NCBI GenBank assembly: GCA_963535415.1
Contig: CAUSVV010000002.1
Span: forward strand, 100,688 to 164,687
Origin: an uncultured bacterium
Lineage (GTDB): Bacteria > Patescibacteriota > Gracilibacteria > Absconditabacterales > Absconditicoccaceae
Reading direction: 5' to 3'
DNA: 64,000 bases
The position numbers and the translations under genes are program-made. Shown here one piece after another: positions 10,408 through 21,234 of the stretch (positions are counted from its first letter, which is position 1; every line of letters begins with the position of its first letter). The notes under the pieces are model-generated. The model searched no databases. It saw nothing but the letters and a program-made list of their open reading frames with translations, and was not told the origin of the DNA.

Positions 10408-11011
10408 GAGGAGAAACTCTCACGATATAGGTCTCTTTACTATTAGCACGACAGCTCTGAGGCTTAAAAAGCTTGATTGTTTTTGCTCAAAATCTCTTTT
10501 TTATCTTTGCAACAAACTCATCAAAACCAGGTCACATAAAGATTTTGATTACAAAGGTACCATCATCCCTCAACAACTCATCATACATCCAATACGTTTG
10601 CTCCAAAAGATCAATTGATCTCATCGCATCAATATCCTTAAGCCCAATAGTATTAGGAGCAATATCAGACTGAATAAAATCAAACTGAGAAAGCTGATGT
10701 TGACTAAGGATTGAATGTACTTTTTCCTGCTCTGTAATATCCTGTACATACGTACTCAATCCTGGGAAGTTTAGCTCAACTTTTTTAAGATCAAAACCGA
10801 TTACTTGATATTGCTGTACTCCAAATTTCTTAAGTTGCCCAATAGTATACTGAAGCCAACTTCATGGTGCACATCCAATATCCAAGACACTACGAGTGCT
10901 TTTAGTAATTAATCAGAATTTATCCTGTATCTCCTGAAGCTTGAAAGCACTCCTCGCCTTATATCACTCTTTTTTCGCCTTTTTAAAATAGAAATCATAG
11001 GGATTATACAT
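10400..11011 (-). CDS. rlmE: 23S rRNA 2'-O-ribose methyltransferase RlmE/FtsJ
   Basis: YKARSAFKLQEI, SAM-binding VLDIGCAPGSW, and SDIAPN..G. Track ORF 10532-10759 extended both ways through TGA. Confidence 0.85.
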
Positions 11012-11064
11012 CTCGTCTTATATCAAAAATCAAAGCACACTAAAAAAGCAAAAACAGTAGAGTT

Positions 11065-11544
11065 TTAGTCTACCGCTATAATTTTCACATCTTTTCTTCC
11101 ACCTTCATGTCTCATTTTCACCGTATCTCCAACTTTTTTTCCTCTGATTGCCTGCCCAAGCGGAGATTCAAATGAAATCTTCAAACCATCCTCGATACCA
11201 ATTTCTCAGGTACCAACGATAGAAACCTGGTATTCTTTATCATCATCTTCAATACTCACGGTCACTTTTGAACCGAAATCAACGACTTTATCAGATTTTT
11301 TGATATCTTTTTCCTTTTCTACGATCTCAACATCAGCGATAAGATTAGTAATTTCAGCAATTCTTGAATTGATAAAATCCTTATCTTCCATAGCTGATTT
11401 ATACTCAAAGTTTTCCGAAAGATCTCCCATAGCCTTTGCCTCAGCAAGTCTTTCTAAGACCGCAGGCAATTTCTCCTGTTTTAGCTCCTGAAGTTCATTA
11501 ATCAACTTATCATATCACTCTCTGGTAAGAAAATTTTTACTCAT
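11065..11544 (-). CDS. greA: Transcription elongation factor GreA
   Basis: Coiled-coil region GDLSENFEYKSAMEDK and C-terminal SFESPLGQAIRGKKVGD. Track ORF 11206-11505 extended through TGA on both sides. Confidence 0.9.
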
Positions 11545-11595
11545 AATTATTTGAATGCAATATAAAGAAACAAAGTACTCCTAAACTACTGTTTA

Positions 11596-11946
11596 CTATC
11601 TAGAGAAGATTCCCCAGAAACCAAGTACTTTTCTCTTTCGTTTATCAAATGCATGAGAAACAAGATCAGTTGCAACCTTGAATCCTTTATGATTTTCAAC
11701 TACAAATCTCTCTCCATTGTAAAGGAAAGCAAAAGTAGCCTCATAAAGTCCGCTCTTATTTTTTGTAATAGTATAGTCAATAATTACCTCTGCATCAATA
11801 TTTTTAGCGTAAATCTTTTTAAGGATAGTCTGCCCTTTGTTGGCGATCTGATGATCTACAGCCTTCTTAATATCAGCCTCCATCACCTCTGATACGTTTA
11901 CAAACTTAAACTTAACATCACTCACTTGAAGCAATTCTTGTGTCAT
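11596..11946 (-). CDS. Ribosome hibernation factor-like protein (HPF/RaiA family, tentative)
   Basis: 116-aa ORF. Length and pattern (..NIDAEVII..NGERFVVENH..ATDLVSHAFDKRKRK) resemble short HPF. Judged by eye only. Confidence 0.45.
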   Translation of the reverse strand: MTQELLQVSDVKFKFVNVSEVMEADIKKAVDHQIANKGQTILKKIYAKNIDAEVIIDYTITKNKSGLYEATFAFLYNGERFVVENHKGFKVATDLVSHAFDKRKRKVLGFWGIFSR

Positions 11947-12174
11947 TTTGCTAATGTATAGAATATAAAATCAATCTTACTTGTATTAAAATCCTCTCAA
12001 AAAGCAAGAGTGATTTCGCATTTTTTCTTCAAAAAAACAAAAAAATCAGATTTTTCATCCTTTTTACATTCTATAAAAGAAATAAATCTGAAGAGAATCA
12101 CAATTTTTCCTTGAAAATACACAAATATTTCATACACTCTCAGAAAACATTTATTTTCTTATCAGAAATAAAAG

Positions 12175-12672
12175 ATGAAATCCCTACTCAAATGACTACT
12201 TGCTATACTCATTATAGCTGCTGGAGTTTTCCTTCTCCGAAAAAATCCTTTTAAATCAGATACCATCACTGAAAAATCAATCATTACCATAAGATATTCT
12301 ACGCCATATATGAATACTCAAAATACTGATGAAGAATTCTCTGGAGTGGTTGAACATCTTCAATACAGTTCAAATGTAGCGCAAGTTTTCAATACACTTT
12401 TAGGAGCCAAAAAATGAGAAAGCAAAACTGCACTACTAACTGACCCGCTTTCTCTCCATGATGATAGCCTCATTCAAAAGATGCCAACCATGCTCCTCTC
12501 ACAGATAAACACAGACACAACAATTGGAACTGTAGTGACTCTTGATGATACAACATACACTATCACGAGCATCATCAACGAAGAAGGGGTAGAAAAAGCT
12601 GTTCTTGATCCAAATCCCGCATACACAATTCAAGAGCAAAACTGGACTTTCACGGTTGAGACTTTGCAATAG
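12175..12672 (+). CDS. Hypothetical membrane-anchored protein
   Basis: N-terminal TM helix LLAILIIAAGVFLL. Track ORF 12481-12672 extended upstream through two TGA. C-terminus VLDPNPAYTIQEQNWTFTVE faintly resembles the FKBP C-terminal strand. Confidence 0.6.
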
Positions 12673-12689
12673 TTTCTCTCAAGATAATA

Positions 12690-12720
12690 AAAAAAGAGCC
12701 AAAAATCTGGCTCTTTTTTC
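12690..12720. terminator. Bidirectional intrinsic terminator
   Basis: AAAAAAGAGCC-AAAAATC-TGGCTCTTTTTT between convergent genes. Confidence 0.7.
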
Positions 12721-12733
12721 ACTATTTGATACA

Positions 12734-14005
12734 TTAAATCTCCTCCATTTGCACAGGGACCGATTCAGATTTTTCTATCTGATTTCCATTTCCTAGTTGA
12801 TCTAAGCTGGTTGTATTCTCAGTTTCTGTTTGAACCGAAACCTGCTGATTCCCAGCACCAGATCCAGCAAAACCATCAATACTTTCAACCGGATTTTGGA
12901 CAAACTGCTTGGTTTTTTCAACAAAATTAGTTGCCCCCTGTTTGATTCCTGAGAAAACATTTTCGATAGGATTAAGCTGAACAGGAACCGATTGCGCCAC
13001 TACTTGAGTCTGAGAAGCATTCTCAGGCATTTGAAGAGGAACTGCATCTTGAATTTGTACAGGGACAGATTCAGTCGCCTGAACTGGAACTTGAAAAGGA
13101 ACTTGAACTCCTACACCCTGAACCGAATTTACAACTTGTCCTCACATCTGCTGAGCAGAAGCGACAACTTGCTGTCATGATTGCATGACTTGATTTCCTA
13201 TATTTTGGACTCCAGCCATTGGATCAGCTACAAAATTCTGAACTCCTCAAACTGGATTGCTTGCAAACTGCGAAACTCCATTCATCATCTGTCCTCACAT
13301 ATTTTGCATATTTGAAACTACTCCTCATCAAACATTCTGAACACCGTTCATTACTTGACCTCACATCTGTTGAGCAGAAGCCATCACCTGTTGCCCTGAT
13401 TGCATGACTTGATTTCCTATGTTTTGTACTCCAGCTATTGGATTAGCTACAAAATTCTGAACTCCTCAAACTGGATTGCTTGCAAAATTTTGAACATTCC
13501 CAGCAAGATTTTGTGCATTAGTCTGGATTGAATCTTTAAGCTGTCCTCACATATCAACCCCCTTATTGATCAGGTTTGTTGCCTGATTTGCAACCATTGT
13601 TGGAGCTGAAGTTATTGCACCTGCAACAGCATTCGTTTTCTCAGTAATCTTTCCAGCAATATTTGAGGTTGTGCTGGTAATACTATTAGCTACAGAAGTT
13701 GTCTTATCGAGCAAATTTTGAGTACTCGCGACTAATTTTCGAAAAAATCAAGGCTCCTGCTGAGGAACTTGTTGCACCTCAATAGGCATTTGCGCTACTC
13801 ATTCTTGATCCATCCCCTGATGAGCTGGAGCAGATTCTCCATTTTTAAGCCCAGTAATAGGATCAGGCTGCCCAGTCGCTTTAGCAATAAATCCAACAAG
13901 CTTACCAAGCATTCTATCAAAAAAAGATGGTTGCTTTGGCTCTGGAGGATTTACATGAGAGAGTGGAACTGTAGTAATGTTTTGAGCAGATACTGCTTCT
14001 GGCAT
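12734..14005 (-). CDS. Gln/Val/Gly/Asn-rich low-complexity repeat protein (423 aa)
   Basis: Track ORFs 13799-14005 and 12734-13030 share a frame. I checked every in-frame triplet between them and found no TAA/TAG and 11 TGA. Repeats of the type NPVGGVQNFVA, GNQVMQSGQQV and ASAQQMGGQV. Confidence 0.7.
13136..13487 (-). repeat. Internal tandem duplication, two ~130-bp near-identical copies with a 220-bp period
   Basis: 13136-13267 and 13356-13487 are near-identical (CCTCACATCTG.TGAGCAGAAGC...TGATTGCATGACTTGATTTCCTAT.TTTTG.ACTCCAGC.ATTGGAT.AGCTACAAAATTCTGAACTCCTCAAACTGGATTGCTTGCAAA). Confidence 0.8.
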
Positions 14006-14043
14006 CTTTTGTTTTTATAAAGAACTAAAAGTCTTCATATCTA

Positions 14044-14071
14044 AGTATAATTCTTTTTTATAAAAAGTCAA
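14044..14071 (-). promoter_or_regulatory. Sigma70-type promoter, TTGACT-16-TATACT
   Basis: Minus strand TCAGATTTTTTTGACT..TATACT upstream of the repeat-protein gene. Confidence 0.6.
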
Positions 14072-14181
14072 AAAAATCTGAAAGAAAACCATAAATATCC
14101 CTATAGAATATTTTTTGTAGTGTCTATCTTACGATTCTATAGGAATAAACGACTTGACTTATGACAGGAATTATATAATAT

Positions 14182-14982
14182 ATGAATGTAAAAAAAATTA
14201 TTTTGCATATGAAAGGAATTATTAAATTGGCTAAATCTATTTTTAGCATCGGAATCTGTTTTGTTCTCCTATGGATTGTATTCAATTATCTAATAGGGAA
14301 AGAGATCTTTAACATGTATCCAATAATTGGATACCTATTAACTGTTGTTGCCTGCCTGAATATTGCATTGTTGCTAAGCATTTTATTGCAAGCTACAATG
14401 AAGAAGGGAGGACTAAAGGAAGTAGATATTCGAGTGACCAGAACTGGTGCTCTATGGATAATATCCTTCTTGATACCATACTTCTTTATCTTTGGAACAA
14501 ATATTGGAGTGACCTACTACAGTCCTCTAATAATAACCCAAAAAGGATTAGTGACTTTGACATGCATAGGAGCGATGTGGTTATTATTAAAACTCAAAGC
14601 TCACGGTATAACATGGCTCTATTATTTATTCTTTATGATTGTTACCGGGGCTCTTATGCACCTGGTCGAACATACTAATTGGAATAGATTCATGTTAGTA
14701 GTGGCTTGCCTAGGAGTTTTTATCGCTCCTACATATATTATACGAGAACGATGGAAAAGAAGCTCTGGCGATAAAGACTGGCTTTATCTTTCTCTAATGT
14801 TTCATATCGTCTTAGCAAGTATCATTGTCATCAACCCTGTAGGGAATCTCAGTCAGATTTTTATTTACCTTTTCCTAGTTAGTCCACTTTTAGTAACTAT
14901 TTTTGTTTCAAATCACATAGAAACAACAAAGGAACAAGAAACTAAAACAAGGTTGCCAAGAAAGAATAAAAACAACAGCTAG
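14182..14982 (+). CDS. Polytopic membrane protein (about 7-8 TM), unknown function
   Basis: Intact 266-aa hydrophobic ORF. Terminator at about 15012-15045. The -10 TATAAT ends 2 nt before the first ATG, so the true start may be ATG 14209. Confidence 0.7.
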   Translation: MNVKKIILHMKGIIKLAKSIFSIGICFVLLWIVFNYLIGKEIFNMYPIIGYLLTVVACLNIALLLSILLQATMKKGGLKEVDIRVTRTGALWIISFLIPYFFIFGTNIGVTYYSPLIITQKGLVTLTCIGAMWLLLKLKAHGITWLYYLFFMIVTGALMHLVEHTNWNRFMLVVACLGVFIAPTYIIRERWKRSSGDKDWLYLSLMFHIVLASIIVINPVGNLSQIFIYLFLVSPLLVTIFVSNHIETTKEQETKTRLPRKNKNNS

Positions 14983-15151
14983 ATAAACAACAGATCTCAA
15001 CAAAACAGAAGAATAGCTAGAGAAGTTTCTTTTCTAGCTATTTTTGTTTTTATAAAATTCTTCACTGATTTGATAGCTAAGACATTTTTTCCTGTCTCTC
15101 CATCAATTCAAAACACCTCGCCTCTTTGAGTTCAATAGTTTTAAGAATCCC

Positions 15152-16984
15152 TCACAAGTGTTCGGAAAGTAAAGCAATCTCATCATAAGGCAAATCCTTA
15201 TTATCAAAGATACGACTAATTTGTTGTTTTTCATCTTCAAGTTCTTCAAGTTCCTTGATCAATTGCTGAAGCTCAATATTTTCTGCATACGAGAGCTTTT
15301 TTATTGAGGTTGATGACTCAGAAGTTTTTGAAGAAAGATCAACAGAAACCTGATGAGAAGAGTCAGTTTTTTGTTCTTTTTGCTGAGTTTGGAGCTGATT
15401 TCGCTCTGTATACGTTCCTCGAAAATCAGTTACCTTTCCCTCCCCCTCAAAAACAAACAAATGATCAACCAATCTATCCATAAATGCTCTATCATGAGAG
15501 ACAATCAGTAAACATCCACGAAACTGCAACAAAAAATCCTCTAAAATTCTGATCGTCAAAAGATCTAAATCGTTTGTTGGTTCATCTAAAATCAAAAAAT
15601 TTGGATTTGCCATCAGCGTTTTTAAAAGAAAGAGCCTCCTTTTCTCACCTCAGCTGAGGGAAGTGGCAAACTGATACTGCTGCTGAGCAGGAAACAAAAA
15701 CCTTTCCAAAAGCATTGAAGCCGATATCTTCTCTCCACCAGCCAAAACAAGATATTCACCAACATCTCTAATCACATCAATTACTCTTTTTCACTCTGGA
15801 AACTCAATCTCACCCTGCTGATAATGTCAAAACACTACAGTCTGCCCAACTTGAAGCACTCCACTATCAGGCAACTCCTCTCAGAGCAAAAGTTTTATAA
15901 AAGTCGACTTCCCAACTCCATTTTTCCCAATAATTCAAATACGCTCCTGAAACTTAAAATCATAAGAAAACTGATCTAAAATCATTTTTTGACCGAAAGC
16001 TTTTTTCAGATTTTTTATTTTAAGAATCTTAGTTCAAAGTCTCCTCTCCTGCACTGGGATATCAAGCACACCAGATTCCGAATACAAAAGCTCTTTTTGC
16101 TCATCATACTGGCTCTCTAACTGATAAAATTCTTTTTGTCTATAATTTTGTTTAGTCGCTCTTGCCCTTGGCGATTTACGCATCCAAACGAGTTCCCTTT
16201 TGAGCAGCTGACGAAGCTTTTCTATGGCAATCGATTCATTTTCTCTCCTCTCAGCTTGCTTCTGCAAAAAATAACTATAATTTCATGGATAAAAATACAG
16301 TTTTCATCTATCTAACTCATAGATCTCATCACATACACTTTCCAAAAAATACCTATCATGCGTTATCATAAACAAGGTAGAATGTTGATTTTTGAGATAA
16401 TTTTCAAGCCACTCAATCATCTGTAAATCCAAATGATTAGTTGGTTCATCAAGTACCAAAAAATCTGGTTCATCAATCAGTGTTTTCGCTAAAGCTACTC
16501 TTTTCAGCTCTCAGCCCGAGAGCGTTGAAAGCGGCTGTTGAAGAAGAGATGTCAACTGTAATCTAGAAATAATAGTGTTTACTTTAGACTCATAGTCCCA
16601 CGCCTGGATCGCATCAATTTCATCAAAAAGCTGCTGAAAACGCTCAGGATCAGTATCTGGGTTCTGTACGAGTCATTCGTATTCTCTGATCAAACTTGCA
16701 GCTGGATGAGAGATTGCAAACAACTCCTCTGCTATCGTATGATTCAGATCTCCACGAAAATCCTGAGGCAAATATCAGATTTTAAGCCCCTTTCTCCATT
16801 CTACCTTTCCATCAGTTTTATCTAGTTCTCACATAAGAAGCCTCAAAAGTGTGGTCTTTCCTCCCCCATTCTTGGCAACAAGAGCAATCTTTTGCCCCTG
16901 CTCTACAGTAAAACTTAAATGATCAATAATCGGTCTCCCAGTATAAATTTTCGTCAACTGATCTACCTTTAACTCCCAAGCCAT
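15152..16984 (-). CDS. ABC-F family ATPase (Uup/EttA-like, two ABC domains)
   Basis: Walker A NGGGKTT, signature LSGGE, Walker B LVLDEPTNHLD and ILDEPTNDLD. Track ORFs 16829-17011, 16034-16267 and 15152-15613 share a frame. In-frame triplets checked for 16268-16520. Confidence 0.85.
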
Positions 16985-17054
16985 TTTCCATTGCAATATA
17001 AAACAATCCAAGTCTAGTAATTTTCTCTATAGATACAATAAAAAATTAAAAAAT

Positions 17055-17082
17055 TTGACATCTCTTGAGCTTTAAGTATACT
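17055..17082 (+). promoter_or_regulatory. Sigma70-type promoter, TTGACA-16-TATACT
   Basis: Consensus boxes 33 nt upstream of ATG 17115. Confidence 0.6.
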
Positions 17083-17114
17083 ATAAGCAATTTAGCATCA
17101 TTTCTCATAAAAAG

Positions 17115-17816
17115 ATGAATACTCCAGGTAATGGTCCAGGACCTTCTCCAAGCGGATACCAAGAATTGAGAGATTTTTTTAAGGAAAGAAATAAACAATC
17201 TGAATTTTCTCTCCTTTTTAATAGTTTCTGTCAAACTACTCCATTTGGACAAGATCTAGAAACAATACAGAGAAACTTTATCCGTTTTCTAGATGACGTA
17301 TGGCATAAGTCTGGACACAATTTTCAAGCCGCTGTAAGATCCCTAGGGAGACAAATCCCTATGAAGGAATTAAGTACTTTTTTGTCTACCTATCTTGCTT
17401 ATCGCAAATCACTACACCCTACAGCAGAAAAAATACAAGAAACTCAATATCAGCTCGTTGAGAATATTAATACAAAAACTAACAATCAACCAGAATATAT
17501 CAGGCTCCTAAAAACAGGGAAAACAGTTCTAGACCTAACAACTGATGAGCAAAAGCTATTTGAGAAAATATGCAAAAAACATAAAGGGAAAAAGGTTATT
17601 GTAGATCTTTTTTATGAGTGTTATCTCGAGTATAAAGACACCAAAGAACCAGATTTTTCAGATGCACAAGATCTCTATCGCCCTAGAATATCAGCACACG
17701 AAGAGGTAATCCATAAATACCTCTATGCTTTTCGAAGCAAGGACTCAGGGATTAAACATGATATAATAGGTCTTTTCTACCGTATTGAGGAAAGTTTCAG
17801 AAAAAATATCAAGTAA
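17115..17816 (+). CDS. Hypothetical protein (233 aa)
   Basis: Intact ORF with a promoter and a terminator (about 17838-17873). No motif recognised. Confidence 0.65.
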   Translation: MNTPGNGPGPSPSGYQELRDFFKERNKQSEFSLLFNSFCQTTPFGQDLETIQRNFIRFLDDVWHKSGHNFQAAVRSLGRQIPMKELSTFLSTYLAYRKSLHPTAEKIQETQYQLVENINTKTNNQPEYIRLLKTGKTVLDLTTDEQKLFEKICKKHKGKKVIVDLFYECYLEYKDTKEPDFSDAQDLYRPRISAHEEVIHKYLYAFRSKDSGIKHDIIGLFYRIEESFRKNIK

Positions 17817-17881
17817 ACTTGACCTCTCAAGGCAAAAAGATAAAATTCTGAATCCAGTGTTTTATCTTTTTTATTATACCA

Positions 17882-19240
17882 ATGAATACCTTTGATAATA
17901 TTATTATTTGATTCTGAAAAGGAGGGAAAACCCTCGCAGTTGCGCTCGCAAAAAAATGAGAAACTGTAGCTCTTATTGAGCAAAATCCGGAAATGTACGG
18001 AGGAACATGTATCAATATTTGATGTATTCCATCAAAAAAACTCCTCACACTTTCTCAGGAAAAACATCCAACAACACTTCAAGAGAAATCTGAATACTAC
18101 GAGCAAGCTATAGATGAGACAACTAAGCTAACAGCTTTTCTGAGAGAAAAAAATTATGCAATGCTTGCAGCCTTTGAAAATATTCAAATCATTGATGGAA
18201 CTGCTAGCTTTATTTCTGATCATGAAATCAAAATAACTAGTCCAGAATGAGAAAGAACAATCTCAGGAGAGAAAATCTTTATCAATACCTGAGCAACAAG
18301 CAACCGCCCAGAAATCCCATGAATTGAAAACACAACAAAAGTCTATACCAGTACAGAACTCATGAAAACCAGAGAATACCCTGAACACTTAGCAATCCTA
18401 GGTGCCGGATTTATTGGACTAGAATTTGCTTCAATTTATGCAGACTTTTGATGCAAAGTTACTATCATCAATACCCATCCAAATATTCTTCCTAATGAAG
18501 ATGAAGAAGTCGTAGCAAGAATTAGAGCCGATTTTGAACAGAGAGGTATCCAGTTTCTCGACTCAACAAAGCTCACCGAAATCAACGAGGAAAACAATAA
18601 ACTCAATCTTACACTTGAGACTGAAGATCAGACAAAAAATCTGACAGCTGATGCACTTCTTCTTGCCGTTGGAAGAAGCCCTAATATCAAAGATCTCCAC
18701 CTAGAAAACACAAACATTGAAACCACAGCCAAAGGTACAATAAAAGTCAATGAACACCTTCAGACTTCTGTTCCTAATATCTATGCAATAGGAGACGTAA
18801 CAGGGAACCCACAATTTACCTATATTTCTCTTGATGACTTTAGGATCATCACAGATCAGCTCTTTGGAAAGGCTCAGAGATCGACAAAAGACAGAGAAAC
18901 ATTTGCTTATTGCTCTTTTCTCAACCCACCTTTCGCGAGAATTGGACTCACCGAAAAACAAGCACTTGAACAAGGATACAGTATAAAAGTTTGAAAACTA
19001 GAATGAGCAGCAATTCCCAAAGCAAGAATCCTTGGGAAAGCACAATGACTCTTAAAAGCAGTTATCGACGAGGAAACTGGACTCATCCTTGGAGCATCAC
19101 TGTATTGTGCAGAAACGCATGAAATGATAAATATCATCTCTCTAGCTATGAAGCGAAATCTCCCATACACTGCACTTAGTAGCCATATTTTTACTCATCC
19201 AACAATGAGTGAAGCACTAAATGACCTTTTCAAACTCTAA
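17882..19240 (+). CDS. Class I pyridine nucleotide-disulfide oxidoreductase (RclA / mercuric reductase / lipoamide dehydrogenase-like)
   Basis: FAD-binding IIIGFGKGG (both loop Gly encoded by TGA), redox-active GGTCINIGCIPSK, NAD-binding LGAGFIGLEF, AIGDV, and C-terminal HPTMSE. No track ORF because of about 15 in-frame TGA. Confidence 0.85.
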
Positions 19241-19264
19241 AAAAACACAATCTTTCAAATACAA

Positions 19265-19299
19265 AAAAATCAGTCTAAAAGGCTGATTTTTTCTCTTGT
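19265..19299 (+). terminator. Terminator; direct repeat of 20667-20702
   Basis: AAAAATCAGTCT-AAA-AGGCTGATTTTTTCTCTTGT, identical to the DJ-1 gene terminator 1.4 kb downstream. Confidence 0.7.
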
Positions 19300-19409
19300 C
19301 TTTATAGATAACCCCCGGATTCTTAAGATAAGTAATCTGCGTTCAAAATACTTCAACTCCTAAGCCATTTCCCATGACAATATACAACAATACAAGTCTA
19401 GTAATTTTT
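19300..19409 (-). pseudogene. Chimeric gene remnant: copy of the ABC-F promoter and first codons fused to a copy of the DJ-1 3' end
   Basis: 19355-19409 is about 85 percent identical to 16971-17025 (ABC-F start region). 19300-19349 matches 20791-20839 (DJ-1 C-terminal coding region) with an 88-bp internal deletion relative to the intact gene. Confidence 0.55.
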
Positions 19410-19530
19410 AAAATAAAAAATCCATATAAATATCATTCAATTTCATCTTGTTTTTTAGATAAAGAAGACTAGGATCGAAGTGTAACGAGCATTTTATAAT
19501 TTACCTTTTCCTTTGCATAAAAACATAGAG

Positions 19531-19731
19531 ATGATAAGAAATCCGAACGATTTAGAAAAAAATGAAAGTCAAAACTCTAACAAAAACAACATTGCTAATG
19601 CTATACAACCAATAACACAAAATATTTTTAATGCTATTGGTTATAAGGAATGGAGTGAAAATACAGAATTAATTCTAAGTTCAAACGCATTTAAATCAAC
19701 AAAAGATTGTTCAAGTAGACCTTATTCCTAG
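19531..19731 (+). CDS. Possible small hypothetical protein
   Basis: ORF only (first ATG within track ORF 19513-19731). Asn-rich. Confidence 0.25.
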   Translation: MIRNPNDLEKNESQNSNKNNIANAIQPITQNIFNAIGYKEWSENTELILSSNAFKSTKDCSSRPYS

Positions 19732-19783
19732 TCAAATTCTTATACAAAAAATGAAGACCTTTATCTTTTAAACAATTATAATA

Positions 19784-20209
19784 ATGGATATTAGAAAAGC
19801 AACTATTATGGATCTAGATTATATTACGAAGACAATCTCTGAATATTACAAAGATTTAAACACTAAAATCAGCCTAGAGTACTATCAAAGTTCAATAGAA
19901 AAACTAACTCCGTATATCAAAGAAAGATTAAGTGAATGAGAGAGAGTATATAAATATTTCATAGCAGAAGATTGAGGAGAAAGGATCTGAATGCTAAATC
20001 TATTTACAGGATCGTCAAAAAAGTCTGAAATTTTGCTTTGTATCGCCAATAACGAAGAAAATACATCAATTCTGTTAGATTATTGAATATCATTACTTCA
20101 AGAGGAATGACTTCCTATTTTAATTCAAACAGCAGAATCTGAAAAATACATCGCTGAAAAATTACAGAATATGAACATAAAAAAACTAGCAACAAATTGG
20201 ATCATTTAA
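19784..20209 (+). CDS. GNAT-family N-acetyltransferase-like protein (tentative)
   Basis: N-terminus MDIRKATIMDLDYI is typical of GNATs. 141 aa with five in-frame TGA. The motif A region is not clearly recognisable. Confidence 0.45.
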
Positions 20210-20224
20210 TCAAAGCACAAAAGA

Positions 20225-20428
20225 ATGCTTAATCCTATAATGGAAAATATTAAGCGAGAAAATATTTGTAAACAAATATTTCCTTCTTACAAAAATCTTT
20301 ATCCATCTCTACAAAAATATATAAGAAAAGAATTTAGAGACAACTTACTAACTCAAATTGTGGCTGATTTTTATATAATATGCAACAATAACTCCTTTCG
20401 TATTTTTTTTAAGAGAACGATTTCATAA
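20225..20428 (+). CDS. Possible small hypothetical protein (67 aa)
   Basis: ORF only. Confidence 0.3.
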   Translation: MLNPIMENIKRENICKQIFPSYKNLYPSLQKYIRKEFRDNLLTQIVADFYIICNNNSFRIFFKRTIS

Positions 20429-20666
20429 TACAGGATATTCCACTTTTTTAATATCATAGAATATGAAATAAAATAAATTCAACAAGGGATTATCCCATCA
20501 TTTTATATAAATATTCACAATTCAAAAATTAAAAATAGTTTTAACGAAATTTTATGAGAACTTACAGACATTCCTATAAATGTTTGGCTATGATTTTTTT
20601 CAGATATTGAATGACAGTTGGAATTGGCCTTAAATACAATAGAAACAATAAAATTTGATTGTTATT

Positions 20667-20702
20667 AAAAAATCAGTCTAAAAGGCTGATTTTTTCTCTT
20701 GT
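20667..20702. terminator. Bidirectional terminator; direct repeat of 19265-19299
   Basis: Same hairpin. The DJ-1 TAG stop (20678-20680) lies inside it. Confidence 0.7.
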
Positions 20703-21205
20703 AAATAATCTGCAATCATCCAAGCAAATTGCGGCGCTGCTTGTGGCCCATTTGCTGTAATCAAATTTCAATCCTGAACTACAGGCTGATCTTTATAGAT
20801 AGCCCCCTGATTCTTAAGATAAGTAATCTGCGTTCAAAACCCATCATCTCGCCCAGTCACTTGCTTGCCAACAAAGAGTCCACTATCTGAGAGTAATGTT
20901 GGAGCAATACAAATTGCCGCTATTGATTTGGCTTTTTTAGCAAGCTCAAGATAATCCGAATTTTTATAATACTGATCATAAGCACCTCCTCCACCAACAA
21001 ACACGACCATATCATACTCCTCAGCACTTACCTCAGAAAACGCCTTTGTTTCATCAATCGACTTCATACAAGCACCTCTACATCTCCCTCCAAGTCATGA
21101 AGCAATATCTATATCACACCCCTGATCAGAGAGAACCTGGTAAGGAATTCAGAATTCATCATCCTGAAATCATACATTAGCTACTACAAATAAGAGTTTT
21201 ACCAT
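20678..21205 (-). CDS. DJ-1/PfpI family protein
   Basis: Nucleophile-elbow context AAICIAPTLL and VVFVGGGG. Track ORF 20834-21067 extended through TGA both ways. Confidence 0.8.
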
Positions 21206-21234
21206 CTTTGGTTACAATAGAATTAAAAATCAGA

